Shown piece after piece: positions 19,693-29,109 of a stretch of DNA of 64,000 bases. Within the stretch, counting starts at the first letter, position 1; each line of letters begins with the position of its first letter. The position numbers and the translations under genes were made by a program. This DNA comes from Candidatus Poseidoniaceae archaeon (lineage in GTDB: Archaea > Thermoplasmatota > Poseidoniia > Poseidoniales > Poseidoniaceae): NCBI GenBank assembly GCA_965662895.1, contig CBFIJH010000006.1:32001-96000 (forward strand), given 5' to 3'. A model generated the notes under the pieces. The model did no database searches, was not told where the DNA came from, and saw only the letters and a list, made by a program, of their open reading frames with translations.

Positions 19693-22600
19693 CTACGATT
19701 CACGCAGCCATTGTTTCAATGTTCGACTATTCTTTGCGATACCGAAGCCGAATCGCTCTTCAAAGGCGCGAGCGACGACCGTGAAATCTCCATCATGCGT
19801 TGCAACAACAATTGAGCCTACATTGTCGATTGGTCGATTTGAAAGTGCTGCAGCATATTGCATAATCTTTCGATCAGGGTTCTGTGGATAGATTTTCCTT
19901 CCGTTGATTTTTGTTCGAATGGTTTTCCCGTTGTAATGCTGACGCATTTTGGTTAATTCGTCGTAAATCTCGCTGTGCTCAGTGAGGAATTCATCCATTG
20001 ACAACTTGACCTCATCGCTGACTGCCTCGGATTCGAATTCTTCTGTATTTCCGTCCCACGTACTGAATTCTGACACGATTTGATCGACAATATTGCGCAT
20101 ATTCTCAACAGAAATTGTCGTCTCGAGAACTTCTTTATCCACAAGGGCATTCTCAAATCTTGTTCGTATGTCGTCAATTGAACGTGCGATGTTCTCAATT
20201 TCGCCTCGTACAACTTTTGGTAGCCATAAGTCAACCTTGTTGTTGGCTGCAAGATAGAGAAGATATCCTGCAAAGTGGGAACGTTGATTGGTCGAATCCT
20301 CGAAATGGTTTGAACGATTTAGAATTTCTTGGATTCGCTGATACAATGCATCAATGACGATGTTTGTATCAACCAGTACGAGCGGTTTCAGTGGAAGATG
20401 ACGAAGATATCGACGGTCGCATGTTCGTATTTCAGATTGATAGCGACGGAACAACATGAGTTCCAAGTTTGCAAAGGATTTGTTTCGATCTCGGAATCGT
20501 CCTGACAATTGTGCTCGCTCAAGGATTCGTAAAGCATCCAGTGGACTTGTTTCGCTTGCTTGTTGGGCAAGTGTGTGGATTTCCATTGGTTCTGGATTCC
20601 GCATCAGCATGATTTCTCGATATCGGCGATCAAACGACTTGGAACTCTGTGTTCGATAATCTCGCCGTAATGCGTTTGTGGCAGCGAGCAGGCGGCCTGT
20701 GAACGGCTCTTTAGGAAGTGGTTTTGGATGTTCATCAGGATATGTATGCAACAAGTCAAGTTCATCTTCTTGGAAGACTGTACGGGTTCTCGTTTTCTCT
20801 CCTTCTTCGGTTTCTTCAATGTACTTCTCTTGCTTTTTCACAAAATTTTTCAGCATCGAGGTCGCCTGTGCTGTCTCTTGTATGGATGCTTTGTGTGAGA
20901 CATCGAGGTAGAGTTGGAAACGTTTCGTGATCGCAGCGCGTAGGTTCGGATGCTGTTGAAGGAGTTGTTTTGCTTCCTCCCACTTTTCATCAAAAGCGAA
21001 GTGGATCAAGGCCTTCCTGTAAAGCATGATTTCCTCGTCATAATCAAATTCGTTTGAGTCGGCCGTTCGTTTGAACAAGCGAGCAGCTTGGAGGTTTTTA
21101 CCGTTTGATGCATGAAGCGTAGCTTGTGCGAGAAGCGACCATATGGAACGTTGATGATGCTGTTGATACCATTGAACCAGTGCCTCAATACCGAGGTCGA
21201 ACTCGTACATCAACTGTCGAACTCCTTGAACGATTGCGTACGGAATCGAAGGTTGAGTCAGCACGATTTCAAGCATTTCGACGACTTGGGATGAGTTATC
21301 ACCACGTTCCAACGATAAGCGCGCATTGTTGAGTCTCAGTTTGGAGACAATTGTTCGCAATAGTGTTTCCGATAGCCCAGTTATACCTTTCTCATTGAGC
21401 GAATCAACAAGGTTACTGAGGTGTTTTTCATCAACAAGATGAGACCCTCCTGAAGAAAGGGCGTTGACAATCTGATTGATGGCTAAAATACCCTTCTTTG
21501 GCAATGTTCCCGTCAAATCGAGTTTGTTAACAGACTCCTCGATTCGACCTTCAAGCAACAAGAGGAGTTTGTACTCATCGCTGTCAATCGAATCGGGTAC
21601 ATCGGTCGATTGAATCACTTGCAATGCTTGCTTGCGGGCCTTTCTTGCCGCCCCCCAGCTTGCCTCTTTATGATGTGCACCCAACAAGTGAGCAAGGAGT
21701 AAGGTTTCATGTGGGTAGGAGGAGATGGCTACATGATCGTGAAGTAGAATCGTGGAGAGATTGTCCAAATCGAGTGTTTGAACAAAGACGTGAACCGCAA
21801 GTGATTGAACTTGACTCCATCCTTCGCCATCGTGTTGTTTGAGAAGAATGAGAGCCTGAGCACGAAGTGAAACCGGGAATGCACGTTCTTGCGAAACTGA
21901 AACCAAACCACCCTCGTCAATGTTTTTCATATTGGCTTCAAGCCAGTCGAAGGCTTCTGGATGATCGAGTTGAACCAGAAGGGGAAGAAGTTCGGTACCA
22001 TCTGAGTCATTTTCTAGGGAGATGGACTTGATAATTTCAAGTGCATCATCACTTCGTTCTTCATCGACATAGCGCTGAAGCATTTTCCAACGGATAACAT
22101 CGACACGGTTTGTTGGTGCTTGCTCTTTCATTAGAATGTCCAACCCAATTTCCATCTGAGCTGTGGTTGGATTCATATTTTCCATTGGACCATTTAACCA
22201 AATCAATTTCAGAAGTGCTCGTCCGAGGTTGTCATCACTTTGTGAGAGGTAAGTATCGTCCCAATCGATGTTTGTCCCCATCAGGATTATTGCTAATTCA
22301 TATCGCTCTGCAAGGGACTTGTCCGCTTTTCGAAGCTGTTGAATAATGTCGGTCGTATCAGCACCTGTGTTGAGTGCGATGAGCAGAGAAACAAGTGATA
22401 AATGTCCTTCAAATTCCAAAAGAAGTTGTTCGACATTGGGCCAGTTGCCTGATGAAAGCCGCTTGATCAAACGCTTCATCGCAACGAGTTGTTCCGGATT
22501 GTATTGTTGGTCGGGAATGGACTTGAACAAATCGAGACATGCTTCTGCATCGAAAGGATCAATCGCCGTTTTTGACAGATCGAAATCATCCTCCGATGCC

Positions 22601-23097
22601 TTGACATCTGATTTTACAACCGGGCAAGCTGAAAACTGGCCAAACAAATCGCAGCGTTTTGCCATTTCATGCCACACAGGATGAACACCTTGTTCAAGGC
22701 AATTTGTTCGCAACTCGGTCTCAAGAGAGCCGTGCTCTTCTTCACTCCATGCGTCGGTGTGAATGTATTTGTTTGCAAGAAGAAGAGCAAAACGGAGAGC
22801 TGGAGTTTCATCCTCCATTGAAGCAATTTCATCCGGAGACGGTATTGGAGATTGTTTCCTTCCTCGACGGCGCCCACGGCGGAATCGCGGTGCAGGTGCA
22901 ATCGAATCACCATCCTCGTCTTGCCCAGGAATTTCCGTTTCAAGGACTGCAAGTTTGACCAATTCTTTCCACGGTCTGTCCATCAGAGTGAATTCAGGGC
23001 ATTTACCAACGGCATTCAATCGCCTACTCTTTACTGTCTTGAATCCTGATTCAAGACAGGCTGTGAGATACGTTTCCTGCATAGTGCCCCCATACAA
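19693..23097 (-). CDS. Large helical-repeat protein with C-terminal PIN nuclease domain
   Basis: PIN acidic residues in VLVDTNIVID, VRGEI, PDRKIM, VATHDGDF; about 850 aa helical/TPR-like N-terminal region. Confidence 0.8.
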   Translation of the reverse strand: MYGGTMQETYLTACLESGFKTVKSRRLNAVGKCPEFTLMDRPWKELVKLAVLETEIPGQDEDGDSIAPAPRFRRGRRRGRKQSPIPSPDEIASMEDETPALRFALLLANKYIHTDAWSEEEHGSLETELRTNCLEQGVHPVWHEMAKRCDLFGQFSACPVVKSDVKASEDDFDLSKTAIDPFDAEACLDLFKSIPDQQYNPEQLVAMKRLIKRLSSGNWPNVEQLLLEFEGHLSLVSLLIALNTGADTTDIIQQLRKADKSLAERYELAIILMGTNIDWDDTYLSQSDDNLGRALLKLIWLNGPMENMNPTTAQMEIGLDILMKEQAPTNRVDVIRWKMLQRYVDEERSDDALEIIKSISLENDSDGTELLPLLVQLDHPEAFDWLEANMKNIDEGGLVSVSQERAFPVSLRAQALILLKQHDGEGWSQVQSLAVHVFVQTLDLDNLSTILLHDHVAISSYPHETLLLAHLLGAHHKEASWGAARKARKQALQVIQSTDVPDSIDSDEYKLLLLLEGRIEESVNKLDLTGTLPKKGILAINQIVNALSSGGSHLVDEKHLSNLVDSLNEKGITGLSETLLRTIVSKLRLNNARLSLERGDNSSQVVEMLEIVLTQPSIPYAIVQGVRQLMYEFDLGIEALVQWYQQHHQRSIWSLLAQATLHASNGKNLQAARLFKRTADSNEFDYDEEIMLYRKALIHFAFDEKWEEAKQLLQQHPNLRAAITKRFQLYLDVSHKASIQETAQATSMLKNFVKKQEKYIEETEEGEKTRTRTVFQEDELDLLHTYPDEHPKPLPKEPFTGRLLAATNALRRDYRTQSSKSFDRRYREIMLMRNPEPMEIHTLAQQASETSPLDALRILERAQLSGRFRDRNKSFANLELMLFRRYQSEIRTCDRRYLRHLPLKPLVLVDTNIVIDALYQRIQEILNRSNHFEDSTNQRSHFAGYLLYLAANNKVDLWLPKVVRGEIENIARSIDDIRTRFENALVDKEVLETTISVENMRNIVDQIVSEFSTWDGNTEEFESEAVSDEVKLSMDEFLTEHSEIYDELTKMRQHYNGKTIRTKINGRKIYPQNPDRKIMQYAAALSNRPIDNVGSIVVATHDGDFTVVARAFEERFGFGIAKNSRTLKQWLRES

Positions 23098-23197
23098 CCC
23101 CTCGCCATCCCACCTTTGAACTCACCGCCCAAGTCACAAGAACAAGAGAAACGCATTCAAGTCATTCAATCGTGGCACACACAAGGGAGAGGTCTGG

Positions 23198-23662
23198 ATG
23201 GAGGTTCGAACAATCATCATGCTCATTCATCCTCTGCTTGCAACAGCGTTCGTTTTTTGGCTCATTCGCCAATACGGTTGGAGAAAGAAAGGGATGACAC
23301 TGAAAGGCGAAGCGAGAAAGAAGGCCCTTGAACGACATCAGCGTAATGGAGAATTCATACTCTGGGGCGGAATTGTCCTTGCACTCGTAGCCTTTGTAGC
23401 TCGTGCGATATCGGGTTTCTTGGTCGAGGATGATTGGACGTCTGATTTACTTCCACAAAGCATCCATGGTTTCACAGGCCCAATTGGTTTGATTCTTCTA
23501 TGGTCTGTTGTGCGATATGGCCGAATTACCGCTAACAAAAAACAGAGCAAAGATTCGTTCGCAATCGAGCGTACCAAGCACGGTCGTGCATCCGATTTGA
23601 TGATGGCTTTGGTAATGATTCACGCCTTTTTAGGCTTGATTTACACATTCCAAATCATTTAA
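23198..23662 (+). CDS. 4-TM His-rich membrane protein (DUF4079/cytochrome b561-like)
   Basis: LIHP, ERHQRNG, SIHGFTG, KHGR, IHAFLG. Confidence 0.7.
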   Translation: MEVRTIIMLIHPLLATAFVFWLIRQYGWRKKGMTLKGEARKKALERHQRNGEFILWGGIVLALVAFVARAISGFLVEDDWTSDLLPQSIHGFTGPIGLILLWSVVRYGRITANKKQSKDSFAIERTKHGRASDLMMALVMIHAFLGLIYTFQII

Positions 23663-24642
23663 TCGTCGATTCGGAGTTCAACATCTCGATTCTTCCACAT
23701 CGCCAGCCAACCCGATAGATTCGATTCGAGACCAGGAGGTTGAATCCGGCAACCGCAGGCATTTGCGTGACCTCCCCCGTGTGAATCGAACGTTGTTGCC
23801 AATTTCGAAAGATCAAATCGGTTTTGCCCGTCTGGAAGAAACGAGTTCGCATAGAAACTTGCTGAAAGGGGTGGTCGCATTTTGTTCTCGATTGATCCAT
23901 CCGAATAACCGTGAATGATGCAGCATGCATCGGCGTCTTCTCCGGCATAGGCTGTGATGAGATATCCGTTTGATCTATGCCCAGTATCTTCAAGGCGACA
24001 AATTGCTAGTCGGTCAACAATGGTTGTCTTTTGTTCGATAATTCCCATTAATTCCGTACGCGTACTACGTGCGATTTCCATGCGTTGTTGTACAATCTCA
24101 TCGGCGTAAATTTCATCCATGGAATTCGATGTTTGAAACAAAGAAAGAAGATGATGCATGTAGGTAGAATCGTTGTAATTTAGGGTCCGAGAAAGTTGGA
24201 GAAGTGGGCCGTCTTCTCGAAAGGTATCGAGCGAGATGCCACCGGAATCGAGGTCATCAACCAATGGCATAATCTCCTCGAGATGTGGAAATTCAAATTT
24301 GTCTCGAAACAATTCAAAGGCAAGGCGGGCTGCTGAAGGAGCATGGTCCCAATGGATTCGACCACCCTTTGATGTGAACGATGCCCGCTCCAATTCAGTG
24401 GGTTTGTTTGTGAGATGATGGTCGAGATACCATCCACTGGCTGGGTGGAAGGGCAAGTCGACGGTTACCGTGTAATCATCGATCAAATCGTCGATGATTC
24501 CTGAGCGGATGAGAGCCGCATGAGCAAAATGCACTTCTGCATAAGGGTAGGCTTTCTTCAAAACAACAGCAGCACACATTCCATCCATGTCCGAATCTGC
24601 GATGATTCGACGAACGTCTGGGAACGTTGATTCTGTCGTCAT
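23659..24642 (-). CDS. DHH family phosphoesterase with DHHA1 domain
   Basis: DSDMDG, VDLP, LDHH, SAARL, GGGHANACG. Confidence 0.9.
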   Translation of the reverse strand: MTTESTFPDVRRIIADSDMDGMCAAVVLKKAYPYAEVHFAHAALIRSGIIDDLIDDYTVTVDLPFHPASGWYLDHHLTNKPTELERASFTSKGGRIHWDHAPSAARLAFELFRDKFEFPHLEEIMPLVDDLDSGGISLDTFREDGPLLQLSRTLNYNDSTYMHHLLSLFQTSNSMDEIYADEIVQQRMEIARSTRTELMGIIEQKTTIVDRLAICRLEDTGHRSNGYLITAYAGEDADACCIIHGYSDGSIENKMRPPLSASFYANSFLPDGQNRFDLSKLATTFDSHGGGHANACGCRIQPPGLESNLSGWLAMWKNRDVELRIDD

Positions 24643-24743
24643 ATTCCACGCTCATAATCCGATGTATATTGAACCTATCAGGCATAAAAATCCCGCGAAG
24701 ATATCAAACCATAGCCCTTGTACGAGCGTCTAGAGGAGATGCG

Positions 24744-25148
24744 ATGGAGACCTCATGTGGCGTAATTTTGGTCAACATTGACAGCATCCTTTTGCTGCAA
24801 TACCCGCAGGGTCACTGGGACTTGCCGAAAGGCCACGTTGAGTCAAGCGACAATAATCACGTCGCAACCGTGCGCAGAGAACTGCTAGAGGAAACCGGAA
24901 TCTCAGAAATTGTGTTCGATGAGAACTTTATCGAACGCACGACATACACATATCGTCACAAAGGCCATCAGCGAGAAAAAGAAGTGTTTTGGTTTCTTGC
25001 ATACACAGATTCGCTTGACGTTGAACTGTCACATGAACATCGCGACTATCTCTGGCTGGATTGGGAACAAGCCCTCGCCCAATTAACCCATGATGAAACG
25101 CGGGAAGTTGTCCGAAAAGCATGGAACATGGTGAAGTCTAACAACTAG
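24744..25148 (+). CDS. NUDIX hydrolase, Ap4A-hydrolase-like
   Basis: SCG, HWDLPKGHVE...RRELLEETGI Nudix box, LSHEH..YLW; ATG 24744 after GAGGAG. Confidence 0.9.
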   Translation: METSCGVILVNIDSILLLQYPQGHWDLPKGHVESSDNNHVATVRRELLEETGISEIVFDENFIERTTYTYRHKGHQREKEVFWFLAYTDSLDVELSHEHRDYLWLDWEQALAQLTHDETREVVRKAWNMVKSNN

Positions 25149-25843
25149 ATGTGTTCCAAATCAGAATCATGTTCTGCTTGACGAAGAATTGAGGATGCAA
25201 TACCTGACTCGTTCCCTCGCTTACCGAGCGGTTGCCACAACTTTTCTTCTTCCCCAAGCACCGCTGTAATCCATCTGCTCATCACAAACAGCCAGTCCGA
25301 GAGTCGGTTGACGTAGGTCAAAACAAGGGGCCTGATCGATTGTTCTCCTTCGTGCTGACGTAAGCGGACAATACCCCGCTCAAGTCGGCGGGCAACGGTC
25401 CTAGCATGATGGAGCATTGCCTGTGGAGCACCACCTGCTGGGAGAATAAATGATGTCAATGGCTCGGTTTGTGTCAACCATGCATCCATATCTGAAACCA
25501 ACATGTCGGATTGATTTTCGTTGATGAGAACCATGTAATCTGGGATGTTTTCAGGCGGGCATGCAAGTTCAGCTCCAAGATCGAACAATTCGTGCTGGAT
25601 TCGGGAGAGGGCCGTGTCACAGATGAATTGAACTCTACCTGCACCTTTCCGTTCACCTCCATCGCTGTGTTGCAACGGAATTCGTGAACTTTCCATCCGA
25701 ACAAGGCCGATGATGGAATTCAATTCATCACAGTCACCGACGACTGAGAATCTCAAGTCTGATTTCAATCGTCGACTTCCGTCAACAAGCGAGGATTCTC
25801 CTTCGTCTCCGCCACCTGTGTGAACCCGGTCAATTCGTACCAT
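25145..25843 (-). CDS. PduO-type cob(I)alamin adenosyltransferase
   Basis: VHTGGGDEGESSL, GDCDELNS, IQHELFDLGAELA, FILPAG, LHHARTVARRLER, YVNRLSDWLFV. Confidence 0.93.
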   Translation of the reverse strand: MVRIDRVHTGGGDEGESSLVDGSRRLKSDLRFSVVGDCDELNSIIGLVRMESSRIPLQHSDGGERKGAGRVQFICDTALSRIQHELFDLGAELACPPENIPDYMVLINENQSDMLVSDMDAWLTQTEPLTSFILPAGGAPQAMLHHARTVARRLERGIVRLRQHEGEQSIRPLVLTYVNRLSDWLFVMSRWITAVLGEEEKLWQPLGKRGNESGIASSILRQAEHDSDLEHI

Positions 25844-25867
25844 GCCGTTCCCCTTGTTCGTGGGAAG

Positions 25868-26350
25868 TTATGCTTCTATGAGTGGTTTTCGGGATGAAAA
25901 GCCTTCATCAAGACCATAATACCACTCAATATCTGCTTCTCCGGAAGTCCAAGAATAAAGCATGAGTTGGTTATCGACAACGCCATGCCACTCGATTCGC
26001 CCTGGGTCAAGACCTGCAACTCGGGCCCCTTTCTTCTCAATCTTGGCCACTGTTTGTTGCCAATGGGCAACGAGCCCACCGAGCAACTCAGACATCTCGA
26101 CAACGTGGGGATGTTCAGGAGGGAGGGATTCAAGTAGAATCTCAATCTCTTCGGTCATATCATGTGCCTCGTCAACAATCGCTTGCAAGGCGGCCAACTG
26201 GCGTTCCACGAATGGGAGTGATTCTCGAACTTGTTCGATGCTTAGGATACTCAAATTTTCAAGGTCGAGACGATCAACTTCGTCCTGATGCAAATCCTCC
26301 AACATCATGGGTTGTCCAGAAAACAATGGTTCTCTGTCGAGATTGAACAT
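25868..26350 (-). CDS. DUF2203 family protein
   Basis: SIEQVRESLP, helical hairpin, G..V..LD.GRIEW, YSW..GE..IEWYY.L.EGF..RKPL. Confidence 0.75.
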   Translation of the reverse strand: MFNLDREPLFSGQPMMLEDLHQDEVDRLDLENLSILSIEQVRESLPFVERQLAALQAIVDEAHDMTEEIEILLESLPPEHPHVVEMSELLGGLVAHWQQTVAKIEKKGARVAGLDPGRIEWHGVVDNQLMLYSWTSGEADIEWYYGLDEGFSSRKPLIEA

Positions 26351-26413
26351 GAAGGCATGTTCTTCATGGCACCACTTAATCTCATCGGAGACATTTGATG
26401 CAACGGCTAGGTT

Positions 26414-26671
26414 TCAATGGTTAACTTGAATTTGCGCAGGGGGATTCATTCTCGAAAGAAGACGTTTTCCGAAATACATAACCACATACGCCCATACCGC
26501 TATTTCGATAATCAGGAGCACATAGTACCACTTTCCGAGGGATTCAACCATGGCAATGGGATCAAACGGAACGCCATTGAAACCCATGTATACAGCTTGT
26601 GCAAAGAGATTTGCAGCCGACCAAATCATCACCATAATGAGAAACAACCTGACGGATATGTGCTTGTTCAT
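26414..26671 (-). CDS. Small 2-TM membrane protein
   Basis: Two hydrophobic helices; AT-rich upstream region. Confidence 0.65.
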   Translation of the reverse strand: MNKHISVRLFLIMVMIWSAANLFAQAVYMGFNGVPFDPIAMVESLGKWYYVLLIIEIAVWAYVVMYFGKRLLSRMNPPAQIQVNH

Positions 26672-26756
26672 ATTGATAAATCTACTTTTACGTTCTTTAA
26701 ATTATCTCGTTTCTGTGTGGGCTCCCACGGGTTTCAAGGGAAACCTTCAGATTCGG

Positions 26757-27524
26757 CTACGCTTCTTGACGAATAGGTAAGCGCTCTGCAGCCTGAGAAT
26801 CAAGTCTTGTGAGTTCATCATGAATGGCTTGTATGTATTCTGGAGCCACAGCGGATTCACCACCTTCTCGTTCAAGATAATCTTGCCAAGTACTCGCCTC
26901 ATCGTCGTTTCCAAGAAAAAGATGAATCCTATGAAGCGCAACGTATGCCATTGGATTGAGGTGCTCTTCATCCGCATCCCATCCTTTTTCAAAGCACTCT
27001 ATCGCTCCATTTCTGCCTGTTAGGCGACCTTGCATAAGCGCAACCATGCCGGCTTGGGACCAAGCGCGTGGAAGTTTTCCGATGAGTAAACCCCGGAAAA
27101 CAAGCCAAGTTTCTCCCGCACCCAAAACAACGATGGTCAGAAAGCCAGCCCATTGCTCAACTTGTGAAAGATCGTCCCATGTCATGACCATGAGGCCGAC
27201 TACTCCAACACAGAACATGATGCCGGAGTAAGGCGCAACCAACACATCGCGTTGTGTTTGTGCAAGTTGGTACACGCCCGCAACCAAGCCAAATCCACCG
27301 ATACCTGATAACATGACAAAATGGGCAAAGACAGTCATTGGGTTCGGCGCTGCTTGTCCGATGAGCACCATGGATGTCAAGACAACAACAAGCCAACCAA
27401 AGCGATTGCTGGGTCGAGGAAATGGTTGATTTTTGCTGTTGTAAATCAGAGAAATTCCGACCAACATCTCGAATGCGATGAGCGCCCATCGTAAACTTGA
27501 ATCATCGGTAAATGGAAGTGCCAT
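26757..27524 (-). CDS. Membrane protein (about 5 TM) with C-terminal TPR-like hairpin
   Basis: Hydrophobic N-terminal 145 aa, then AWSQAG...AIECFEKG...NPMAYVAL; GGAG SD. Confidence 0.75.
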   Translation of the reverse strand: MALPFTDDSSLRWALIAFEMLVGISLIYNSKNQPFPRPSNRFGWLVVVLTSMVLIGQAAPNPMTVFAHFVMLSGIGGFGLVAGVYQLAQTQRDVLVAPYSGIMFCVGVVGLMVMTWDDLSQVEQWAGFLTIVVLGAGETWLVFRGLLIGKLPRAWSQAGMVALMQGRLTGRNGAIECFEKGWDADEEHLNPMAYVALHRIHLFLGNDDEASTWQDYLEREGGESAVAPEYIQAIHDELTRLDSQAAERLPIRQEA

Positions 27525-27560
27525 GAGATACGCTCCTTTGGAACATGCAGTGCCTGTCAG

Positions 27561-27983
27561 TCATTCCTTATGATAAGATGTTCCTTTGTTGATTTGAAAA
27601 GCGCGGTACAATTGTTCAAGAAACAGAACTGCAGCAAATTCATGCGGAAATGTCATCTCTGAAAGTGATATTCGGGGTATGTGCTTGCCGAAATCTTGCC
27701 ACCCTTCTGCAGGCCCGATTGCAAAATGTGAATCGGCGGAGAGAAGCGTTAGGGATTTTATTTTTCCAGCAAATTCCATTGAAGTAAACGTTGAGCCATG
27801 CTCATCAAGAAGGAACAACTTTCCGTTCATCGCTTCGAGTTTTGAAACGTACTTGCTCAATTCGTCGCTATGAATGTGTACTGTCAATCCTGTACCTTGC
27901 AACCGAGATTGGTAAGTTTCTGCCAATTCTTTCAACGCTGAGTCCTTTAGGCGGCCGTGAAGATGAAGGTGCATTCTCCCCAT
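27561..27983 (-). CDS. rlmH: 23S rRNA pseudouridine-1915 N3-methyltransferase (SPOUT)
   Basis: LLDEHG..FTSMEFA, FAIGPAEG, ISLSEMTFPHE, LEQLYRAFQI..GTSYHK; ATG 27983. Confidence 0.9.
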   Translation of the reverse strand: MGRMHLHLHGRLKDSALKELAETYQSRLQGTGLTVHIHSDELSKYVSKLEAMNGKLFLLDEHGSTFTSMEFAGKIKSLTLLSADSHFAIGPAEGWQDFGKHIPRISLSEMTFPHEFAAVLFLEQLYRAFQINKGTSYHKE

Positions 27984-28054
27984 AACCTCGCTGAAACGTT
28001 CATCTTTTTCATCTTCATGCGAAAGATGAAAGGATAGGTCGGCGTAGTTCTTCC

Positions 28055-28390
28055 ATGGGTTGGTGGCCATTTGGCAAAAAAACATCGCCCAGAAAGCGCA
28101 TTGATGATCCTTTGAGAAAAGACACGAGGCAGTGGTTATCTGAACTACGAGATGTATGCGAAATGAACTTCGACAACCCAGAAGGTGCGCGCAGAGAAAT
28201 TCGTCAGATGCAGGTCAATTGGCACCAGGCATTTGCTGAAGGCATACTTCCTGAATACAACCGAGAAGGACTTGAAAGCCGCGCATATCGCTTGTTGGCA
28301 TGCTCCGATGATGAATGGATGACATGGCTTGATGATGAAGAATTTTGGAAACCCGGCTGGCGACCTGACCAAGACCTTAACGAGGATTGA
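28055..28390 (+). CDS. Hypothetical protein
   Basis: 111-aa Trp-rich ORF (MGWWPFGKK...), divergent from rlmH. Confidence 0.7.
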   Translation: MGWWPFGKKTSPRKRIDDPLRKDTRQWLSELRDVCEMNFDNPEGARREIRQMQVNWHQAFAEGILPEYNREGLESRAYRLLACSDDEWMTWLDDEEFWKPGWRPDQDLNED

Positions 28391-28415
28391 AGAAGGGTCT
28401 GCGTTTCCTAAGCAC

Positions 28416-29105
28416 ATGGGCCAAGCGACTCTGCACGTGCTCCAAACCTGTCCGTTTTCTTGGAAGGTTCGCGGTTTAATCGAACATCTTGGACTTGATG
28501 TTGATGAAGTACAGGTTAATGCAATGCGCACCAAAAAGGAGCTTTCCTTCACGAACGGGTGGAACAAAGTTCCAGTCTTTACCGATAAGGACGGAGAAGT
28601 AGTTGTCGATTCAACGCCGATTATGATGTACATTGATAACAAATACAACGACGGGGCTCTTGCGAAAAACGAAGATCAAGAACGATATGACACGATGTTT
28701 GCCCATGTTGATGAGGCGTGGAAACGTGCAACAATTCCAATCCTTTACGGTTCACTCGGTGCGGCCCTGAGTACGACTCGACGTGTTTCAAAACTGGAAA
28801 AATTCGGATTCATCTCACGCCGCCTCTATGCGTGGGCAGGATTCCCAATCATGTGGGGAATTATTGCACGAAAACGGGTGAAAAAGGATGGGCGCTCACC
28901 AAAGAAACTTTGGCACGACCTACTCACAGAGTACACATCTTCATTCAATGGCCATCAATTCTTTGGAGGAGAACATCCGAATCTGGTTGATTTTGCTGCT
29001 TTTGGATACATGCGATCGATTTCCCCTTTCAAACAATTCAAACTTCTTGAAGAACATGAATTGGGCATGAAGTGGTACAATTCCATGGAACAACAACTGA
29101 AGTGA
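28416..29105 (+). CDS. Glutathione S-transferase family protein, prostaglandin E synthase 2 (mPGES-2)-like
   Basis: LQTCPFSWKVR, KVPV, VDSTPI, FFGGEHPNLVDFAAFG, WY..ME; ATG 28416. Confidence 0.85.
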   Translation: MGQATLHVLQTCPFSWKVRGLIEHLGLDVDEVQVNAMRTKKELSFTNGWNKVPVFTDKDGEVVVDSTPIMMYIDNKYNDGALAKNEDQERYDTMFAHVDEAWKRATIPILYGSLGAALSTTRRVSKLEKFGFISRRLYAWAGFPIMWGIIARKRVKKDGRSPKKLWHDLLTEYTSSFNGHQFFGGEHPNLVDFAAFGYMRSISPFKQFKLLEEHELGMKWYNSMEQQLK

Positions 29106-29109
29106 TTCT

